Notes under the pieces: generated by a model
Database searches by the model: none
What the model was told of the DNA's origin: nothing
Seen by the model: the letters and a program-made list of their open reading frames with translations, nothing else
Part shown: positions 26,308-34,834 of the stretch, piece after piece
Layout of the letters: each line of letters starts with the position of its first letter
How positions within the stretch are numbered: position 1 is the first letter of the stretch
Origin: an uncultured virus (IMG/VR IMGVR_UViG_3300046507_000660)
Lineage: Duplodnaviria > Heunggongvirae > Uroviricota > Caudoviricetes
Direction: 5' to 3' (one strand)
IMG/VR virus record: IMGVR_UViG_3300046507_000660
Location: 1 to 64,000 of that record
DNA length: 64,000 bases
Made by a program: the position numbers and the translations under genes

Positions 26308-27498
26308 GTGACTGCTCCCACCACGACTCGCCGTCTGCTGCCGCTACTGACCACCGAGCAGATCCGCGCATTGAAGCCCGAGCTCACTGACGTGATCGAA
26401 TACCGCAAGTCGGGCTTGTCGCTGAACCACATCGTCGGTTGTCCGCTGGAGTGCGGCTACTGCGTCCGTCACCTCTTCGACAACTTCGGCATGAAGACCC
26501 CGCGACGACTGATGAGCGACGATGCCGCAGTCGCCCAGCTCGTCAACCACCCGTACTTCCGGCCGCACAAGACGCCGATCCAGTTGTTGAACCGGGCCAC
26601 CGACCCGATGCTTCCGGTGGTCAAGCCGCACGTCTTCGCGGTGCTTCGGCAGCTCGACGAGCAGGGCCTGACCAACCACGTCTTGGTCATCACCCGGTGG
26701 CGGGTGAGCGCCGAGGACTGCGCCATCCTCAACAGCTTCAAGAACTTGCGGCTGACGATCCTGGTCACCCACTCCGGCATCGACAACCCGGCCATCGAGC
26801 CAGTGAACTCCTCCATCGCTGCCGACAGCTTGCGCATGCTGTACGAGCACGCGGAGCGGTACAGGACCGTCCTGTACTGGCGGCCGATCGTGCCAGGCCT
26901 CAACGACTCCGACGAGCACATCGAACGGGCCCGCGAACTGTCTCTGCACGCGCACGCCACCGTGTTCACCGGCCTGTTCTTCCGCGAGCAGATAGCCGCC
27001 TACTACAAAGAGCACGGCATGCCGATGCCGTACGAGGACACCGCCCGGCGGAAGATCATGCCGCAGGAGGCGGAACAGCGAATCCTGAGCGCCTTCGAAT
27101 CGGCCAAACTCCCCGGAGGGGCACCGTGGGGGACGCTGTTCCGCAAGACGAGCTGCGGGGTCGCCTACGCCCACGATGAGGCCGACTACAACGGCCACTA
27201 TGGCGTCAAGGAGCTGTGCGACATCTGCCCGCCCGCCCAGATCGCTGCGTGCGCGAAAGCCTGGGTCAAGCCCGATCTGGCGGAGGTCACCCGCGAGGCG
27301 CGTGCACTCGGCGCGATTGGCGACGTTGAGATCAACGACCGTGCCATCGTCGTTGAGGGACTGGACGAGCCGCCCCGCTACTTCCTGCAGCACGGGTTCG
27401 GCTACCAGTGCCACGACCGCGCCAAGCCCCACCACTACCGCCAACACGGCCGGGCCCCCATCGGCTGGGAGGCGGAGGACGGACCCGACACCCCATGA
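26308..27498 (+). CDS. Radical SAM enzyme (spore-photoproduct-lyase-like branch)
   Basis: SLNHIVGCPLECGYC (CxxxCxxC), ATDP, RPIVPGLND; GGAGG RBS. Confidence 0.8.
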   Translation: MTAPTTTRRLLPLLTTEQIRALKPELTDVIEYRKSGLSLNHIVGCPLECGYCVRHLFDNFGMKTPRRLMSDDAAVAQLVNHPYFRPHKTPIQLLNRATDPMLPVVKPHVFAVLRQLDEQGLTNHVLVITRWRVSAEDCAILNSFKNLRLTILVTHSGIDNPAIEPVNSSIAADSLRMLYEHAERYRTVLYWRPIVPGLNDSDEHIERARELSLHAHATVFTGLFFREQIAAYYKEHGMPMPYEDTARRKIMPQEAEQRILSAFESAKLPGGAPWGTLFRKTSCGVAYAHDEADYNGHYGVKELCDICPPAQIAACAKAWVKPDLAEVTREARALGAIGDVEINDRAIVVEGLDEPPRYFLQHGFGYQCHDRAKPHHYRQHGRAPIGWEAEDGPDTP

Positions 27499-28100
27499 AC
27501 TTCTCTGCCTGGCCCCCGCTGCTCGTCGTCGACGTCGAAGGCAACGGGACCACCCCGCCCGACCTCGTCGAGATCGCGGCCCTGCCCATCAGGGACGGCC
27601 AGCCTGACACGACGACGGCCAAGGCGTGGCTGATCCGTCCCGCGCGCCCGGTGACAGCGCACGCCGCGAGCATTCACGGCCTGACCAATGCCGTCTTGGC
27701 GGACTGTCCCACGTGGCCGACGATCGCCGAGACCGTCCGTGGCTTCCTCGGCACCACGTGGATCGCCGCCCACAACGCACACGTCGAGTATCGGGAGCTG
27801 GGCCGTCACCTGCCGGGATGGGCGCCGGCCGGAGTCATCGACACCCTGCGCCTCGCCAAGGCCACATACGTGGACCTGCCCGCCTACAGCCTCGACGCGC
27901 TGATCAAGCACGTCGGGCCAGACCTGACGCAGGCCCCGCGCACGGGCCGACACCGTGCGACGTACGACGCGTACGCCACGGCGCAGCTCCTGCTCGCCAT
28001 GGCCGCTGAATACGACACCTGGGACCAGTTCATCGCCGCCGCGGTGCCGCCGCGCCTGCCCGGTGCCCCCCAACCAGAAAAGGACCCCACCCTGTGGTGA
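27495..28100 (+). CDS. DEDDh 3'-5' exonuclease
   Basis: VVDVEG, IHGLT, AHNA, IDTLRLA, HRATYDA. Confidence 0.85.
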   Translation: MNFSAWPPLLVVDVEGNGTTPPDLVEIAALPIRDGQPDTTTAKAWLIRPARPVTAHAASIHGLTNAVLADCPTWPTIAETVRGFLGTTWIAAHNAHVEYRELGRHLPGWAPAGVIDTLRLAKATYVDLPAYSLDALIKHVGPDLTQAPRTGRHRATYDAYATAQLLLAMAAEYDTWDQFIAAAVPPRLPGAPQPEKDPTLW

Positions 28101-28693
28101 CTCCCGTCCAGACCCTCCGGATTGGCGTGCTCGGCACCCACTCCACCGGCAAGACGACGCTCTTCAAGCGCATAGAGATGGAGCTGCGCGCCCAAGGGGT
28201 CACTGTGGCGCGCACGGGCCGACTCGCCAAGCGTGCCGCAGCGGCAGGCCTGCCGAAGATGCAGCACCACACCGCGCAGTCCACGGAGTGGATCATCACG
28301 CAGGGCATCGCGGACGAGATCGGCGCGGTCGCCCAGGGCGCCGAGGTCGTCCTCGTGGACCGGGCCGCTCACGACGCCATCGCCTACTTCTACGCCGCGC
28401 TGGAGTACCGCGGTGAAGTCCCGCCGCGGCTGGAGCGCGAACGCCTCCTCACGCTCGCCTCCACGCAACTGCCGAAGTACGACCTGCTGTTCGCGACGGT
28501 GCTCGACGAGAGCGTGCCCGTCGATACCGGCCACGACTACGACGCCCGCTATCGACGGCTCGTCGACCAGCACGTGCACCGTCTCCTGGCCAACGACGAC
28601 ATCCCCCACCAGCGGGTCACCAGCGATCCCGACAGCCAGGCACACGCGATTGAGCAGACCGTGCAGCTCTGCCTGAAGGAGGCCGCCGTATGA
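28094..28693 (+). CDS. P-loop nucleoside monophosphate kinase-like protein
   Basis: GTHSTGKTT, LVDRAAHD..AY, YDLLF. Confidence 0.75.
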   Translation: MVTPVQTLRIGVLGTHSTGKTTLFKRIEMELRAQGVTVARTGRLAKRAAAAGLPKMQHHTAQSTEWIITQGIADEIGAVAQGAEVVLVDRAAHDAIAYFYAALEYRGEVPPRLERERLLTLASTQLPKYDLLFATVLDESVPVDTGHDYDARYRRLVDQHVHRLLANDDIPHQRVTSDPDSQAHAIEQTVQLCLKEAAV

Positions 28694-29469
28694 ATCAGGC
28701 CCCGCCCGCTGGCACCATCACCATCGCCGGGAAGTCGGTCTCTCGGCTGGGGTTCGGCACCATGCGCCTGACCGGGCCCGGCACGTGGGGAGACCCCGTC
28801 GACCGCGACACCGCGCTCAGTGTGCTCAGGCAGGCCGTGCACACGCACGGCATCACGCATATCGACACCGCGGACGCCTATGGTCCTCACACCGTCGAGC
28901 ACCTGGTCCGCGAAGCGCTCTACCCGTACCCGGAGGACGTGCTGATCGCCACGAAGGTGGGCCTGCTGCGCCCCGCCCCGGGCCAGTGGGTACCGCTCGG
29001 CAACCCCTTCTATCTGCGCGCAAGCGTCGAAGCCAGCTTGCGCCGCTTGCGAGTCGACCGGCTGGAGCTGTGTTACCTGCACCGCATCGACCCCGAGGTG
29101 GCGCTCGACGATCAGATTGCCGTCATGCAGGCGCTGCAGGACGAGGGCAAGATCGGGCACATCGGCCTGTCGAAGGTCACGCCCGAGCACATCCGGCTGG
29201 TGGGTAAGGGCCTGACCATTGCCGCGGTGCAGAACGTCCTCAACACGACCGACCGCTTCGACCCGGCTGTGGAGCTTTGCCGGGACCTGGGCATCCCGTA
29301 CGTGGCGTACAGGCCGCTCGACGCTGGCACCTTGGCCCGCGTGAACGGGCCGCACGCGCCGCTGCACTGGCTCCTCGAACACGGCTCCCACATCGCGCCC
29401 ATTCCGAGTACCAGCAAGCCCGGCCACCTCGACGAGATCGTGGCCGCGGTCCAGGGCGGCGCGGCCTGA
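28690..29469 (+). CDS. Aldo/keto reductase
   Basis: RLGFGTM, IDTADAYG, IATKVG, SLRRL..D..YLHR, GKI.HIGLS. Confidence 0.9.
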   Translation: MNQAPPAGTITIAGKSVSRLGFGTMRLTGPGTWGDPVDRDTALSVLRQAVHTHGITHIDTADAYGPHTVEHLVREALYPYPEDVLIATKVGLLRPAPGQWVPLGNPFYLRASVEASLRRLRVDRLELCYLHRIDPEVALDDQIAVMQALQDEGKIGHIGLSKVTPEHIRLVGKGLTIAAVQNVLNTTDRFDPAVELCRDLGIPYVAYRPLDAGTLARVNGPHAPLHWLLEHGSHIAPIPSTSKPGHLDEIVAAVQGGAA

Positions 29470-30059
29470 TGCCGGCCGCGGCCACAGCCGAGATACCCGC
29501 GCAGCGTCGACGTGCCGCATACGAGAACTGGCGGCCGCCGGTGATCGGGGTGCAGCTGCTCGTCCCCGTCGGGGCCGGTTGCTTGCTGGTCGCCGAGACA
29601 CTGGGCAGCATCGTCTTACCCGTCGATGCCGTGCACGGCGGAGAGAGTCCGTGGCAGGCAGCCCAACACGTGCTTCTCGGCGCATCGGACACCATCCCTG
29701 TTCTACGGCGCGTTGTACTGGACCAGAAGCAGATGCGACGGCGGAAGGTCATCACACACGTCCTCGCGACTGCTTCCATGTCCCGCGGAGACGTTGCCCC
29801 GCTCACCTACCGGGACCCGCGTGGGGAATTACGCGTGCTGCCCACTGATCGGGTCATCGACCGTCTGCCCACTCTGGCGAGGCCGCGGGTCCTTCTCGCG
29901 TTGCAGGCGCTTGCCGTGGGCGAGACCGCCTATCTGGAAGACGGCGTTTTGCGGGATTCGCCGCCCGCGGAGCTCGTGATCGACAGCACCGACATACCTC
30001 CATCGGAGGTTGCGCACCGAATCGCAAGCCTTCCGGCCGGGCAGTTGCCCGGCCGGTAG
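29469..30059 (+). CDS. Degenerate NUDIX-fold protein; two TTA codons
   Basis: LP.DAVHGGESPWQAAQH lacks the REUXEE acids; GETAYLEDG tail typical of Streptomyces NUDIX proteins. Confidence 0.5.
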   Translation: MPAAATAEIPAQRRRAAYENWRPPVIGVQLLVPVGAGCLLVAETLGSIVLPVDAVHGGESPWQAAQHVLLGASDTIPVLRRVVLDQKQMRRRKVITHVLATASMSRGDVAPLTYRDPRGELRVLPTDRVIDRLPTLARPRVLLALQALAVGETAYLEDGVLRDSPPAELVIDSTDIPPSEVAHRIASLPAGQLPGR

Positions 30060-30084
30060 GCCCCCACCGCTCGGATGGAGCACA

Positions 30085-30528
30085 GTGCCCCAGCAGCCCG
30101 TAAACGACGTGATGATCATCCTCGAGCGCGACGGAGCCGTGTGCCTTGCCGAGCGGCAGGGCACCGGCTACGCCGACGGCATGCTGAACCTGCCCTCCGG
30201 CAAGCTCGAGAAGAACGAGGACGTATTCGACGCCGTGGCCCGGGAGGCGTGGGAAGAAGCGGGCATCGTTGTCCAGCGTGACGCCCTGCAGATCGTTCAC
30301 GTCATGCACTTCCGGAACCCGGAGGAGGAGCCCCGGGTCGGCTGGTTCTTCATCGCCCGCCACTGGGAGGGGGAGCCACGGAACATGGAGCCGCACAAGT
30401 GCGCAGGCCTGTCCTGGCACCCCATCGGTCAACTCCCCAACAACACCGTCCCGTACAACGCGCTGGGCATCGCGCACTACCTCAAGGGCGAGCCGTTCTC
30501 CGTACACGGTTGGGAGAGGTCCGCGTAG
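30085..30528 (+). CDS. NUDIX hydrolase
   Basis: LPSGKLEKNEDVFDAVAREAWEEAG; NMEPHKC. Confidence 0.9.
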   Translation: MPQQPVNDVMIILERDGAVCLAERQGTGYADGMLNLPSGKLEKNEDVFDAVAREAWEEAGIVVQRDALQIVHVMHFRNPEEEPRVGWFFIARHWEGEPRNMEPHKCAGLSWHPIGQLPNNTVPYNALGIAHYLKGEPFSVHGWERSA

Positions 30529-30620
30529 AGCCTGGGGTGTAACAGATCACGGCCGTTGACGTTCGGGCAGTGAAGGGGGTTGGCCTTTATGTCAACCCCG
30601 CAGTGACCCGGAGGAACGGT

Positions 30621-31235
30621 GTGACGACCGCGACAGCTCCCATCTCGCCCGAGGCCGGCCGCTCTCATCTGCAGGAGAGTTTGTTCTCCTGGCTCGAGCC
30701 CGAGCCGGCCCCGAAGCCGCGCATAGCCAAGCCCGCTCTCGAGCCCGCGCGCTCACCGGTGGCCGAGGCGTTGATGCTCGAGGAGGCGGCCCCCGCCACC
30801 GCGCCGGTGGTCGGGGCCGAGACGAAGACGCTCGAGGAGTCCGACCCGGAAGGCCCCCCGGTCGCCCCGGCCCAGGCCCAGGCCCCGGAGAAGAAAGACC
30901 TGTCCCACGTGTGGGTCGTGGCCGCCGAGGTCGAGGTGACGCCGAAGATCGCGAGCGTCGCCGACTACCGCGGCAGCTTCAAGGCCACCGAGGGGCAGCG
31001 CGTCGACGCGCTCGAGGTGTATTGCAAGGGCTGCCGTCGCCCGTACGACGAGGTCAGGGGCCGGGACTGCGCCGAGAAGATCGACAACAAGCACCTGATC
31101 GGTGGGGACCAGAGCGTCCGTGCGAAGCGGAAGATCCCCGTGCCGCCCGTGAACGCGAAGATCATCCCCGGCGGCACGATCAACCGGCGCGGCCTCGGCG
31201 CCTACGTCTCCGGAGTGTCCCGCCCCAAGCGCTGA
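30621..31235 (+). CDS. Hypothetical protein
   Basis: GGAGG RBS; Pro/Glu-rich N-terminus, CKGC...C. Confidence 0.6.
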   Translation: MTTATAPISPEAGRSHLQESLFSWLEPEPAPKPRIAKPALEPARSPVAEALMLEEAAPATAPVVGAETKTLEESDPEGPPVAPAQAQAPEKKDLSHVWVVAAEVEVTPKIASVADYRGSFKATEGQRVDALEVYCKGCRRPYDEVRGRDCAEKIDNKHLIGGDQSVRAKRKIPVPPVNAKIIPGGTINRRGLGAYVSGVSRPKR

Positions 31236-31279
31236 GCAGCACGCGACACTAATGCCGCCCGCTGTTCATGGTGCGCGGC

Positions 31280-31675
31280 GTGACTACTCAGCAACCTCAG
31301 CCGTCGAGCGATGAACCGATCGCCCATAACCCGGACCTCATCGGGCCTGCGGTTCCCGACGCGAAGATCGGCCGGGAGGCCTTCGGGCTTCTCCTGCTCT
31401 CGTTCGGTGTGCTCGGCGGCCTCGGTGCGCTGGGTGCCCTGCACTGGGTCGCCGGTCTGTCAGCCGCGCTCATCGGCCTGTGTGCCAGTGGCGTCGTTGT
31501 CCGCCGCAACAGCAAGCAGCGATGGCAGCAAGACGCTGGCGCCATGGTCGCCTTCGCCGCCTACGCGGGGCAGACCGCCCTCCTGTTCTACCTGCTGCAG
31601 CCGCTCGGATGGCTGGCCGTCAGCTCCCTCGGCATAGCCGCTGGCCTGTGGCTGTCCAGCGATGAGGGGGCCTGA
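31280..31675 (+). CDS. Membrane protein preceding portal
   Basis: Four hydrophobic segments; leaderless GTG after promoter motif at 31244-31272. Confidence 0.65.
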   Translation: MTTQQPQPSSDEPIAHNPDLIGPAVPDAKIGREAFGLLLLSFGVLGGLGALGALHWVAGLSAALIGLCASGVVVRRNSKQRWQQDAGAMVAFAAYAGQTALLFYLLQPLGWLAVSSLGIAAGLWLSSDEGA

Positions 31676-34155
31676 TGCCCCGCCAACTCTTCCCAGGGCT
31701 CCGCGGCCTCCTTGTTCCTCGAGGCGCCGTGGAGCCAGCAGCCGCGACCGCGCCCGTCGAGACGAAGGACCTGCTCGCAGGGGGCGTCTACTCGTCGATG
31801 TCGTACGCCGGCGTCACGAACGTGTGGGGCACCCCGGGCCGCGCGGACGGCTGGGACCTCGAGCGCGTCATTGTCGAGGGCTACGAGCGCTCCATCTGGA
31901 CCTTCAAGTCCGTGGAGGCGATCAGCAAGCACGCCTCCACCCTGCCCATCCAGATCGGCCGTGGCGGCGACGAGCGACAGTTCGCTGAGGTCCTCAAGGA
32001 CCACCCGCTGTACAAGCTGCTCAACCGGAAGGCCAACCCGCTCGAGACCGGCGATGTCTTCAAGAAGCGGCTGAGCGCCCAGTTGCTGCTGAGTAAGAAG
32101 GGTGTGTTCGTAGAGAAGACGAAGAACCGGCGCGGGGTGCTGACCCGGCTCGACCTGCTGCCACCGGACCGCGTCCGCATCATCCCGGACACCGAGAACT
32201 CCGCCTATGTGAGCCATTTCGAGCTCACGGAGTACAACGGCCGCATCCGTGAACTGCCGCCGGAAAAGGTCATCTGGATCAGAGACCCGCACCCCACGGA
32301 CCCGTTCTGCGGCGTGACCCCGCTCGAGGCCGCTGGGCTGTCGGTCGACCTGGACGTCAAGGCCCGCACCTACAACATCTCCTTTATCAACAATGACGGC
32401 CGCCCTGGCGGCATCGTCGGTATCGACCTGGACGGCGTCGACTCGTCAGAGGTCAAGCGGATCCAGAAGCGGCTCGAGCCGGGCGCGCACAACGCCGGAC
32501 AGCTCACCCTCGTGGGCACCGGACCCGGCGGTGTCACGTACGTCGACACGTCGGCCCGCCCGCGGGAGATGGCATACGAGACGCTCGCCAGCACCTCGAA
32601 AAACGAGATCCTCTCCGCCTTCGGCGTGCCGGAGAGTGTGATCGGCAACGCCAGCGAGCGGACGTTCGCGAACGCCGACCGGGAGGAGTACACGTTCTGG
32701 GCTCACACCGAGCTCCCCCACCTCAACCTGCTTGCGTCGGCGTTCGACTCGGACCTGTCGGACGAGTGGGTGATCCGGTTCGACACCTCCCGCATTCAGG
32801 CGCTCGAGTTTCCCCGCCGTCAGGCCCGCGAGGAAGCGCGCAAGGAGTGGGAGTCGGGTCTCATCACCATCGACGAGTACCGGGTGGCGGCCGGGCGTAC
32901 GCCCTTCAACACCCCGCAGTCCCGTGCGCTGTGGATCAGCCCGCAGAAGGCACCCGTCCCCGCCAACGCCCAGGACGCGGCCGCGCTCGGCCTCTCCGAC
33001 CCGGGCGGCGCTCCGGGCGCAGGCGGCGCCCCCGGAGCAGGCCCGGATGCTGGGCCGCCCGCGGTCGGCGGGAGCCAGTCCGCCGCCGCGGCGGTCGCCG
33101 AGGCCCGCACCGACGAACCCGGTCCGAAAGCAGCCGATGACGTAGCTGCGGCCCGCGGGCAGGCACCCCTCGAGCCGTCCGCCGGATCAGACTCGCCCGC
33201 GGCCGGCGCCGTGGCGGATGCCCGCGCCGACGTCACGGACGACACCCCCGGGGAAGCAGCCGACAACGTTGCGGCCGCCCGCGCCAGCATGGTGCAGCCC
33301 GAGGCCGGGCCCGCCGCCGAGGAAGTCGAGCGGGCACGCACTCAGCTCGAGACCAAGGCGCTCCGCGACGACAACGGGTTCGAGGTCACCGACGACGACT
33401 TCGACGCCCTCGCCGCAGCCATCGAGGCGGCCCTCACTGCGCTTCTGGCGCGCCAGGAGGGCGTCATCGTCGCCCGGCTCCACGCTCCGAAGATCCGCAA
33501 GCACACCAGGTTCTGGACGCCGGAGAACGACAACGACACCCGCGGAGGCGACGCCAACCTCGACGAGGACCGCGTCGTCAGCGCGGCCCGCTGGGCGGAG
33601 GAGACCACCAACACCCTCACCCCGATCCTGCAGCCGGCCGCGGCCGCCACCGCTCGCAAGCTGAGCAAGGCAGTCACCGGCACCGAGACGGTGCCCCCGG
33701 CCGCAGTCGCGCCCGCCCTCGTCACCGCGGCGCACGCCGGGGAAGCGATGACCGCGTTCCTCATCGAACTCGCCGCCGTGCTGCACCAGGCCCAGGCCGA
33801 CCCGAACCTCGACCTCGACACGCTGAAGCACGTGGTCGGCGGCTTCTACAACTCGGCCGGCCCCGATCTCGCCGCCCGGGTCGCGGAGACCTGCGCCGTC
33901 TCGACCATCAACGGGGCCGCGGACGCCGCAGCAGAGAACGCCGGACCCGGAGTCGTCCGGACATGGCTCACCCGCCAGGACGACCGCGTACGGCCCGCGC
34001 ACCGCGCCCTACAGGGCAAGACGCTGCCCGTCGGCACGCCGTACGAGATCGACGGCGCCCAGCTCCGTTACCCCGGCGACCCGTTCGCCCCGCTCGCCCT
34101 GACGATCAACTGCCGTTGCCGTCTCCACTACGCCACAGACGAGGACGTGAACTGA
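31675..34155 (+). CDS. Portal protein fused to a MuF/gp7-like head morphogenesis domain
   Basis: HPLYKLL..ANP, F.NDGRPGG, ILSAFGVP, TFANA; C-terminal WLTRQDDRVRPAH...LRYPGDP...INCRC. Confidence 0.85.
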   Translation: MPRQLFPGLRGLLVPRGAVEPAAATAPVETKDLLAGGVYSSMSYAGVTNVWGTPGRADGWDLERVIVEGYERSIWTFKSVEAISKHASTLPIQIGRGGDERQFAEVLKDHPLYKLLNRKANPLETGDVFKKRLSAQLLLSKKGVFVEKTKNRRGVLTRLDLLPPDRVRIIPDTENSAYVSHFELTEYNGRIRELPPEKVIWIRDPHPTDPFCGVTPLEAAGLSVDLDVKARTYNISFINNDGRPGGIVGIDLDGVDSSEVKRIQKRLEPGAHNAGQLTLVGTGPGGVTYVDTSARPREMAYETLASTSKNEILSAFGVPESVIGNASERTFANADREEYTFWAHTELPHLNLLASAFDSDLSDEWVIRFDTSRIQALEFPRRQAREEARKEWESGLITIDEYRVAAGRTPFNTPQSRALWISPQKAPVPANAQDAAALGLSDPGGAPGAGGAPGAGPDAGPPAVGGSQSAAAAVAEARTDEPGPKAADDVAAARGQAPLEPSAGSDSPAAGAVADARADVTDDTPGEAADNVAAARASMVQPEAGPAAEEVERARTQLETKALRDDNGFEVTDDDFDALAAAIEAALTALLARQEGVIVARLHAPKIRKHTRFWTPENDNDTRGGDANLDEDRVVSAARWAEETTNTLTPILQPAAAATARKLSKAVTGTETVPPAAVAPALVTAAHAGEAMTAFLIELAAVLHQAQADPNLDLDTLKHVVGGFYNSAGPDLAARVAETCAVSTINGAADAAAENAGPGVVRTWLTRQDDRVRPAHRALQGKTLPVGTPYEIDGAQLRYPGDPFAPLALTINCRCRLHYATDEDVN

Positions 34156-34177
34156 CCTGAACACCTACCCCGCCGCC

Positions 34178-34510
34178 TTGCTGCGCGTGATCGACGGCGA
34201 CACTCTCGACGTCGATCTCGACCTCGGCTTCACGATCCGTTCCCGGCAGCGCCTGCGCCTGCTGGGCCTCAACGCGCCGGAGAAGAACACCCCGGAGGGC
34301 AAGACCGCCAAGGCGTGGGTGAGTGACTGGCTCACCGAGCATGGCCCCGACCTGGTGGTCGAGACCCACGCCCGGGAGAAGTACGGCCGCTGGCTGGCCA
34401 CGGTCACCGGCCAGGACGGCGCCTGCCTGAACACCGCACTCCTCGAAGCCGGCCAGGCCGCCCCCTACGACGGCCACGGCCCCCGCCCTCTCCCTGAACC
34501 CAAGGAGTAA
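34178..34510 (+). CDS. Staphylococcal-nuclease-like (thermonuclease) protein
   Basis: RVIDGDT, RLRLLGLNAPE, EKYGRWLA, LN..LL..G; start may be a few codons upstream. Confidence 0.8.
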   Translation: MLRVIDGDTLDVDLDLGFTIRSRQRLRLLGLNAPEKNTPEGKTAKAWVSDWLTEHGPDLVVETHAREKYGRWLATVTGQDGACLNTALLEAGQAAPYDGHGPRPLPEPKE

Positions 34511-34515
34511 CCGCC

Positions 34516-34728
34516 ATGTGGGCAGCTATCTGGATCGCCTGGACCACCGTCTTTGCCATCGCCGAGGCCATCGCCCTCGCCAACAAGAAGGACGAGGACA
34601 CCCTTTCGGAGAACGTCCGCCGCCTGTTCCGCACGAGAACCAGCAAGGCGGGCCGCGCCGTATTCGCGGCCGCCTGGTTCGGATTCAGCGGCTGGTTCGC
34701 GCTGCACATCCTGACGGAGACGATGTAA
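34516..34728 (+). CDS. Small two-TM membrane protein
   Basis: AAGGAG RBS; hydrophobic ends around DTLSE. Confidence 0.65.
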   Translation: MWAAIWIAWTTVFAIAEAIALANKKDEDTLSENVRRLFRTRTSKAGRAVFAAAWFGFSGWFALHILTETM

Positions 34729-34746
34729 CCAGGGGGCGAGAGGCCA

Positions 34747-34775
34747 CTTGCCCAATTGGGCAAGAACGATCTTGG
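34747..34775. promoter_or_regulatory. 18-bp palindrome CTTGCCCAATTGGGCAAG plus AACGATCTTGG, copy 1
   Basis: Four near-identical intergenic copies. Confidence 0.85.
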
Positions 34776-34834
34776 AGTATGGCGCGGCCATCACCACGCG
34801 ACGCTAACCACGCGTGATGTGCATGGTCCGCGCC

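Noticed and set aside
26308..27498. Prokaryotic viperin
   Set aside because: Motif context looks SPL-like; I do not see viperin/MoaA-type GGEP motifs
34747..34775. Palindrome as a loxP-type site for the Cre-like enzyme
   Set aside because: No 6-8-bp asymmetric spacer between the arms; kept only as a weak alternative
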